Sequence record: SRR22947725_605
Strand: one strand, 5' to 3'
DNA length: 48,574 bases
Of this stretch, positions 43,497 to 48,574 are shown piece by piece. A model generated the notes under the pieces. It worked only from the letters and a program-made list of their open reading frames with translations, was not told the DNA's origin and made no database searches. Positions within the stretch are counted from its first letter, which is position 1. Every line of letters begins with the position of its first letter. Made by a program: the position numbers and the translations under genes.

Positions 43497-43918
43497 ATCT
43501 ATTCGGAAATATTATTGAAAGAAAAGAAGAGTATGTAGCTGAAGAAGTAAAAGCTAATCCTTTTGAGTTACTAAAAAATATATCTAATAAAAATTATCCT
43601 GAGTCTACTTTCGGTTTCAATAAATTTTTAACTAACTTAGGTATGAGTCAACGTTCTGATACTGTGTTATTCGCTAATGAAATGAATAAATATGATAGCT
43701 TATCAGATCAAATATGTTTTGACTTCTACTATCATGGACTTCCTAAGAAAAATTATTTCGCGAAATGGGCTAAGAAATTTACTTCAGACTATACTGATAT
43801 GGTCAAAGAATATTTTTCAGTCTCACATAAAGTAGCTAAACAATACGAAAAGATTTTAGATAAAGAACAGCTAGAACAAATTAAACAATGGTATAATAAC
43901 AGAAAGGGAGGTAAATAA
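43487..43918 (+). CDS. gp62: Clamp loader small subunit gp62
   Basis: NPFELL..I, FLTNLGMS...DTVLFANEMN, YFAKWAK, VKEYF; follows gp44. Confidence 0.92.
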   Translation: MEIDLFGNIIERKEEYVAEEVKANPFELLKNISNKNYPESTFGFNKFLTNLGMSQRSDTVLFANEMNKYDSLSDQICFDFYYHGLPKKNYFAKWAKKFTSDYTDMVKEYFSVSHKVAKQYEKILDKEQLEQIKQWYNNRKGGK

Positions 43919-44121
43919 TGATATATGCATTTTTACTAATTGCTATGTTTGGAATTAATAATAAGGAGTTTATTGATACTTCAAGCAAACAATTAAAAGA
44001 AGGTTATTCTTGGACGCAAATCGAATGTAGAGAAGCTACACCAGGAATTCCAGCTTTAACAATAGATTCACCTAATGGTAAATCTTATGTGTGCAATAAA
44101 TTAACTAAAACTAATAAATAA
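43918..44121 (+). CDS. Hypothetical small exported protein
   Basis: GGAGG RBS; hydrophobic N-terminus; two Cys. Confidence 0.6.
   Translation: MIYAFLLIAMFGINNKEFIDTSSKQLKEGYSWTQIECREATPGIPALTIDSPNGKSYVCNKLTKTNK
44112..44120 (+). promoter_or_regulatory. Putative late promoter TAATAAATA
   Basis: Upstream of the GGAG RBS of ORF 44150. Confidence 0.5.
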
Positions 44122-44149
44122 TTAGTTAATTAACAAGGGAGACATTCAA

Positions 44150-44389
44150 ATGTCATTTGATATTACTAAAGCATCTTTAGATGAAATTAAAAATAAGTGC
44201 AGACTTATTAGTAAAGACGAACATGGTCATGAAATTCAGGACCAAAGAATAACTATGATGGCTAAAATCTATAACTGTATTCAAGAAGCAGATGTAGCAA
44301 AAGAGTCAGGTGATACAGCTGCTGCTGAATGGTTAACTAATAGAGCCGCAGAATTAGCAGAGAACTGGAAAGACCAACTTAACGACTAG
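44150..44389 (+). CDS. Hypothetical protein
   Basis: GGGAG RBS; 79 aa. Confidence 0.65.
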   Translation: MSFDITKASLDEIKNKCRLISKDEHGHEIQDQRITMMAKIYNCIQEADVAKESGDTAAAEWLTNRAAELAENWKDQLND

Positions 44390-44430
44390 TATCTAAATCT
44401 ATTAAATAACTTATAAATGATGATTAGGTT

Positions 44431-44811
44431 ATGATAGAAAATTTATTAGAAGTTAAATTAGGCGAACGCGATAATTTCCTTAAAATTGTCGAAACTCTGA
44501 CACGAATAGGTGTTGAAGGTTCTGATAATAAACTCGTTCAAACATGTCATTTACTCCATAAGAGAGGTAAATATTTTCTATGTCATTATAGAGAGTTGTT
44601 TATTTTAGATGGTTATGAACGAGAGTTAAAAGAAGATGATATTAAGAGACGAAATGGAATCGCAAAGCTACTCGAACAATGGAATTTATGTACTATTGTT
44701 GAAAAACCTAAATCCGAGCCAAACTCACTGGCTCGGGTTAAAATTATTCCCTTCAAAGAAAAAGCCAAATGGCAACTCAAACAAAATTATACGATCGGTA
44801 AAAAGAAATAA
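44431..44811 (+). CDS. regA: Translational repressor RegA
   Basis: FLKIVETLTRIGV, QTCHLLHKRGKYF..H..ELF.LDG, RRNGIAKLLEQW, KIIPFKEK..W.L...YTIG. Confidence 0.95.
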   Translation: MIENLLEVKLGERDNFLKIVETLTRIGVEGSDNKLVQTCHLLHKRGKYFLCHYRELFILDGYERELKEDDIKRRNGIAKLLEQWNLCTIVEKPKSEPNSLARVKIIPFKEKAKWQLKQNYTIGKKK

Positions 44812-44818
44812 CTTTACC

Positions 44819-44829
44819 ACTATAACTAT
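44819..44829 (+). promoter_or_regulatory. Putative -10 element ACTATAACTAT before gp43
   Basis: TATAAC lies 6 nt before the ATG, with no SD; identical 11-mer at 19562. Confidence 0.55.
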
Positions 44830-44832
44830 TGT

Positions 44833-47325
44833 ATGAGTAAATATTATACTAATGTTAATCGATGGGGTAATACTCTCTTTGTAAGAGGTATTTCAGATGG
44901 TAAAGAGTTTAGAGATAAACTTAATTACTCTCCTACTCTTTATATTGAATCTAAAAAAGAGACTGGTGTAACTAGTCTTTATGGTACGCCGCTTAAACCT
45001 ACTCAGTTTGATAAGATGCAAGAAGCTACTGAGTTTGCTAAAAAGCATGAAGATACTAATCTTAAACTTTACGGTTTTCCTTTATTTCATTCTAGTTATA
45101 TCAATGAGACTTTTCCTAATGCTGAAAAGACTTATAACAGAGATGAGATTAGAACTTTTAATATTGATATCGAGGTAACTTCTAACGAAGGTTTTCCTAC
45201 TGCTAAAGAAGCTGCTTATCCTGTTACTGCTATTTGTATTCACGATAATATTTCTGATAAGTATATTACTTTAGGTGATAACGACTGGGATAGTTCTAAA
45301 TCTGAATTACCTCAAGAGATTATCGATAAAGTTGTTTATATTAAATGTTCTTCTGAGCATGATCTACTAACTAAGTTTCTTAAGTTCTGGAAAGATAATT
45401 GTCCTCATGTTGTAACGGGTTGGAACGTTGCAGGTTTCGATATGCCTTATTTGTATAATAGATTGAATAATCTTGGTTTCGATGCTGGTAAGTTATCTCC
45501 TTGGGGTAGATGTGATATGAGAGAGTATCAGACTAGAAGAGGTATAGAAACTGAAGTAGCTATGAAAGGTGTATCTGTTATTGACTATATTGTACTCTAT
45601 AGAAGAAATAGAATACAAGAGTCTTATAGACTAGATTGGGTAGCTCACTTAGAGCTAGGTCAACGTAAGTTAGATCATAGTGAAGTAACTGGTTTGCATA
45701 TGCTTTACTATAGTAATTATCAAAAATTTATCGATTATAATATTCAAGATGTTAATCTAGTAGGTTTACTCGATAAAAAGATGGGTCTAATAGACGCTCA
45801 GTTAGCTATGGCTTATAAAGCATCTCTTAACTATGACGAAGTAAGTTCACCTGTGAGAGCGTGGGACTCCCTCATCAATAAAGAGCTAATTAAAGAAAAT
45901 AAACATCCTCACTTTAATATAGTTGCAGGTGATAAGACTTCTCAGATACCTGGCGGTCATGTAAAAGAACCTATTGCAGGTAAACATGGATGGGTTTTAT
46001 CTTTTGACTTAAACTCTCTATATCCTCATCTTGTTATGCAATATAATATTTCTCCTGAGACTATCATAAACGAATCTAAAGTATGGGCTGATATATCTCC
46101 TGAAGAACGTATAAGACGATTCTTAAATAGAGAACCTTTACCTGACGATTGTAAAGGTAAAATTATTGCAGGTTCTGGTTGGAAGTATCATGATAAGATC
46201 GAAGGTATAATGCCTCGTATTATGAGAACTCTTTACGAAGAGAGACTTATATTCAAAGATAGAATGATAGAAAAGCAGAAGAAAGGTGAACCTTCTACTT
46301 ACGAACAGAATAATCAGCAAGTTAGAAAGATTCTATTGAATAGTGGTTATGGTGCTATTACTAATAAGTTCTATAGATGGTACGATCAACGATTAGGTGA
46401 ATCTATTACTCTATCAGGTCAGTTTATTATTCAAGAAGCTGAAAAGAACTTAAATGCTTTTATGAATAAACTACTTAAGACTGAAAATAAAGATTATATT
46501 ATTGCTATCGATACTGACTCTAATTATCTTAACGTTCAACCTCTTGTAGATAAATTTTTCTCTGATAAGTCTAGAGAAGAAATCATTGATATTTTAGATA
46601 AGATAGCTGAAGAGCAATTAGATAGAATACTAGAAGAAGGTTATCAAGACGTATCTAAGTATATGAATACTAGAGGTCAGAAGATGGTAATGAAACGAGA
46701 GTGTATTGCTGAAACTGCTGTATGGACTGCTAAGAAACGATATGCTATGTCTGTATGGGATACTGAAGGTGTTAGACATAAAGAAGCTAAGATAAAGATT
46801 CAAGGTTTAGATGCTATTAGATCTTCTACTCCTCAAATTATGAGAGGGAAACTCCTTAACATGATTACTCTTACTTTGCAAACTGATGAAGAGACTTTAC
46901 AGAAATATATTAAAGAAGTTAAAGAAGAATATATGAAAATGGTTCCTCAGGATATTGCTTTTCCTAGAACTATGAACTCTATTACTGATTATACTATTAA
47001 AGAAGGGTTTATGAAAGGTACTCCTCCTCATGTAAGAGGTGCTATTGCTTTCAATAGATTACTAGAACAGAAAAACTTAACCAAGAAATGGGAAAAGATT
47101 AATAATGGAGAGAAGGGTAGATTTGTATATCTTAGAGAACCTAATAACGTAGGTACTCATGTTATATCTTTTATGACTTCTTTACCGGATGAAGTAGATA
47201 TCAATAAGTATATTGATTATGAAAAAATGTTTTCTAAAACTGTTACTGAACCTTTCAAACATATATTAGATCCAATTGGTTGGTCTTCTGTTAAAAGGGC
47301 TACACTAGTCGACTTCTTTTCTTAA
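44833..47325 (+). CDS. gp43: Family B DNA polymerase gp43
   Basis: ExoI DIE, GWN..GFD.PY, YNIQDV, SFDLNSLYP, KILLNSGYG, DTDS, KKRY. Confidence 0.98.
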   Translation: MSKYYTNVNRWGNTLFVRGISDGKEFRDKLNYSPTLYIESKKETGVTSLYGTPLKPTQFDKMQEATEFAKKHEDTNLKLYGFPLFHSSYINETFPNAEKTYNRDEIRTFNIDIEVTSNEGFPTAKEAAYPVTAICIHDNISDKYITLGDNDWDSSKSELPQEIIDKVVYIKCSSEHDLLTKFLKFWKDNCPHVVTGWNVAGFDMPYLYNRLNNLGFDAGKLSPWGRCDMREYQTRRGIETEVAMKGVSVIDYIVLYRRNRIQESYRLDWVAHLELGQRKLDHSEVTGLHMLYYSNYQKFIDYNIQDVNLVGLLDKKMGLIDAQLAMAYKASLNYDEVSSPVRAWDSLINKELIKENKHPHFNIVAGDKTSQIPGGHVKEPIAGKHGWVLSFDLNSLYPHLVMQYNISPETIINESKVWADISPEERIRRFLNREPLPDDCKGKIIAGSGWKYHDKIEGIMPRIMRTLYEERLIFKDRMIEKQKKGEPSTYEQNNQQVRKILLNSGYGAITNKFYRWYDQRLGESITLSGQFIIQEAEKNLNAFMNKLLKTENKDYIIAIDTDSNYLNVQPLVDKFFSDKSREEIIDILDKIAEEQLDRILEEGYQDVSKYMNTRGQKMVMKRECIAETAVWTAKKRYAMSVWDTEGVRHKEAKIKIQGLDAIRSSTPQIMRGKLLNMITLTLQTDEETLQKYIKEVKEEYMKMVPQDIAFPRTMNSITDYTIKEGFMKGTPPHVRGAIAFNRLLEQKNLTKKWEKINNGEKGRFVYLREPNNVGTHVISFMTSLPDEVDINKYIDYEKMFSKTVTEPFKHILDPIGWSSVKRATLVDFFS

Positions 47326-47331
47326 TAAATA
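47323..47331 (+). promoter_or_regulatory. Putative late promoter TAATAAATA
   Basis: Overlaps the gp43 stop. Confidence 0.55.
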
Positions 47332-47351
47332 ATTAGAAAGAGAGAAGTAAA

Positions 47352-47888
47352 ATGTCAATTGATCCAAATATACTAGCACAATTCAAAAATATGAATGAAC
47401 TCACTGAATTTCTTAGCGAAAGAATCAATTCTGGCGTTGAGATTTCTCGTGGTAAAAATGGTTTAGAAAGATCCAAAGAAGCGAAAGCTAAAATGGATAG
47501 AGAAAAGCATAGAGATTTAAGAAGAAGAGGTTATAGAGAAGAAACCGAAATAGAAGAAGCTGAAAAGAAAGCGCATGATAGAAATACTAAAACAAAAGAA
47601 ACAGAAGTAAAGAAACATGCTAATGGCGGTGAAACTCATAAGACTATTGAGAAAGAACCAATGCCTGATCAGGATATGGAACAAGAACAGCCACCTGAAG
47701 AGCAGCCACCAGCTCCTCCTCCAGTACAGCCTCAACCTGGGTCTCAAGTAAAGATTGGTCGAAAAGTATTAGACAAGAAGATAGAACCTACAGCTAAAAA
47801 AATTACAGTAAGTAAAGAAGAACAAAAGATAAATGTAAAGCCGAAGGTAATGATAGACACCAAGAAGGATATAGGCGTAAATAAGTAG
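47352..47888 (+). CDS. Charged, Pro/Gln-rich hypothetical late protein
   Basis: LTEFLSE motif and EQPPEEQPPAPPP; late promoter upstream. Confidence 0.65.
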   Translation: MSIDPNILAQFKNMNELTEFLSERINSGVEISRGKNGLERSKEAKAKMDREKHRDLRRRGYREETEIEEAEKKAHDRNTKTKETEVKKHANGGETHKTIEKEPMPDQDMEQEQPPEEQPPAPPPVQPQPGSQVKIGRKVLDKKIEPTAKKITVSKEEQKINVKPKVMIDTKKDIGVNK

Positions 47889-47891
47889 ATA

Positions 47892-48263
47892 ATGGAATTA
47901 AATGCTGATACGATAGAGTTATTTGCTGCGAAAAATTATACAAATCCGTTTTGTCATAGTAAAGAAGAATTTATTGAAGACTTAAATAGATTTAAATTAG
48001 CAAAGAAACTCGCTAAGAAAGTAAATACAGATAAGACTAAAAATATAAGGTTATTAGTAAATCACATAATATGTTTTACAAATAACTTTGAAAGAAATGC
48101 AGCAAAGAAAATATTATTTGCCTTTGCTACAGAAGAAGAAAAAGAAGTCTTTAAAACCGTACTAACTTATCTTAGTTTATTAGATAGTAAGGAATACGCA
48201 GATATAGGACATTGTTTGTATACTGCAAAATTATTGAAGGAAATGGACAATGCCAGCCGTTAA
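47892..48263 (+). CDS. Conserved T4-like phage hypothetical protein
   Basis: LFAAKNYTNP.C...EEF.EDLNRFK, RLLVNHII...NNF, KT.L.YL. Confidence 0.78.
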   Translation: MELNADTIELFAAKNYTNPFCHSKEEFIEDLNRFKLAKKLAKKVNTDKTKNIRLLVNHIICFTNNFERNAAKKILFAFATEEEKEVFKTVLTYLSLLDSKEYADIGHCLYTAKLLKEMDNASR

Positions 48264-48574
48264 CGTTGTAGATACATTAATTATTTTTAGGATACTTAAG
48301 AAGCTAGTAACTCCTTATAATAAAATGAAGGCGTTTGAATTAGGCTTAATTGATGCAGATGGTAAGTCATTAAAGAAAGCTAAATCCTCAGAAGAAAAAG
48401 GTGCTATGACTCTAGTAGACAGATTAGTACTTAATATGAAAAGATTACTTGGAAAAGTACCATTAGGTAAGACTAGACTAGCATCATATATTGCTGCTTT
48501 AGCTCTTCTTAAAGAACATGTACAAGATGAATATAATAATGAAACAGCAAATGCACTTATGGAAAAATTAGAAG
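48250..48574 (+). CDS. Conserved T4-like phage hypothetical protein (3' end outside the window)
   Basis: MPAVNVVDTLIIFRILKKLVTPYNKMKAFELGLIDADGK...RLVLNMKRLL...LASYIAAL.LLKE; open to the window end. Confidence 0.78.
   Translation, partial: MPAVNVVDTLIIFRILKKLVTPYNKMKAFELGLIDADGKSLKKAKSSEEKGAMTLVDRLVLNMKRLLGKVPLGKTRLASYIAALALLKEHVQDEYNNETANALMEKLE

Noticed and set aside
6096-45178. Alternative-frame + strand ORFs (6096-6287, 12994-13233, 20243-20515, 21674-21946, 26654-26839, 27979-28335, 31278-31481, 44636-44836, 44981-45178)
   Set aside because: They lie largely or wholly within conserved genes and have compositions typical of off-frame translation.
11931-47325. Inteins or introns in uvsW, gp46, gp47, gp44 or gp43
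   Set aside because: Lengths are ordinary, motifs are contiguous, and no splice-junction or homing-endonuclease insertions are visible.
2766-47747. Short minus-strand ORFs in the track (e.g. 2766-2972, 5371-5685, 7559-7816, 8362-8604, 15646-15855, 47517-47747)
   Set aside because: They are antisense shadows of well-supported + strand genes and have no recognisable motifs.
1-48574. Stop-codon reassignment, prompted by TAG CGA TAG at 36561
   Set aside because: Conserved genes are full length in the standard code, TAG ends genes at natural positions (e.g. iscA at 9856), and no suppressor tRNA is seen.

Overview
An AT-rich segment of a T4-like (myovirus-type) phage genome, read with the standard genetic code. 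Gene content suggests a marine host, possibly alphaproteobacterial (inference only). Nearly all genes are on the + strand; phoH and its putative leader ORF are the exception. Left to right: (1) head module with gp13, gp67/gp68-like genes, gp21, a very long gp22, gp23 and gp3; (2) Lys-rich modular proteins that look like capsid-targeted, protease-processed internal proteins, plus IscA/HesB, 2OG-Fe(II) oxygenases and phoH; (3) uvsY, uvsW, gp55, gp47, gp46; (4) a 923-aa modular protein with an internal late promoter, RBS and start codon; (5) a ~15-kb glycan island with four KpsC/KpsS-like paralogs, several GT-A enzymes, KdsA, a nucleotidyltransferase-cupin fusion, methyltransferases, an epimerase and a pyruvyltransferase-like protein, ending at ClpP; (6) an early region with four near-identical sigma70 promoter cassettes, an unannotated pseudoknotted RNA behind a two-codon minigene, and tRNA-Arg(TCT); (7) purine salvage genes (PRTase, guaC); (8) gp45, gp44, gp62, regA and gp43, with late genes interspersed. 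The most promising leads are the structured RNA at ~36.57-36.73 kb, the modular internal-protein system, the Kdo-type glycosylation island, an AACTTTTT-box promoter class, leaderless starts, and an attenuator-like leader on phoH. All protein calls come from motif recognition by eye; no database searches were run.
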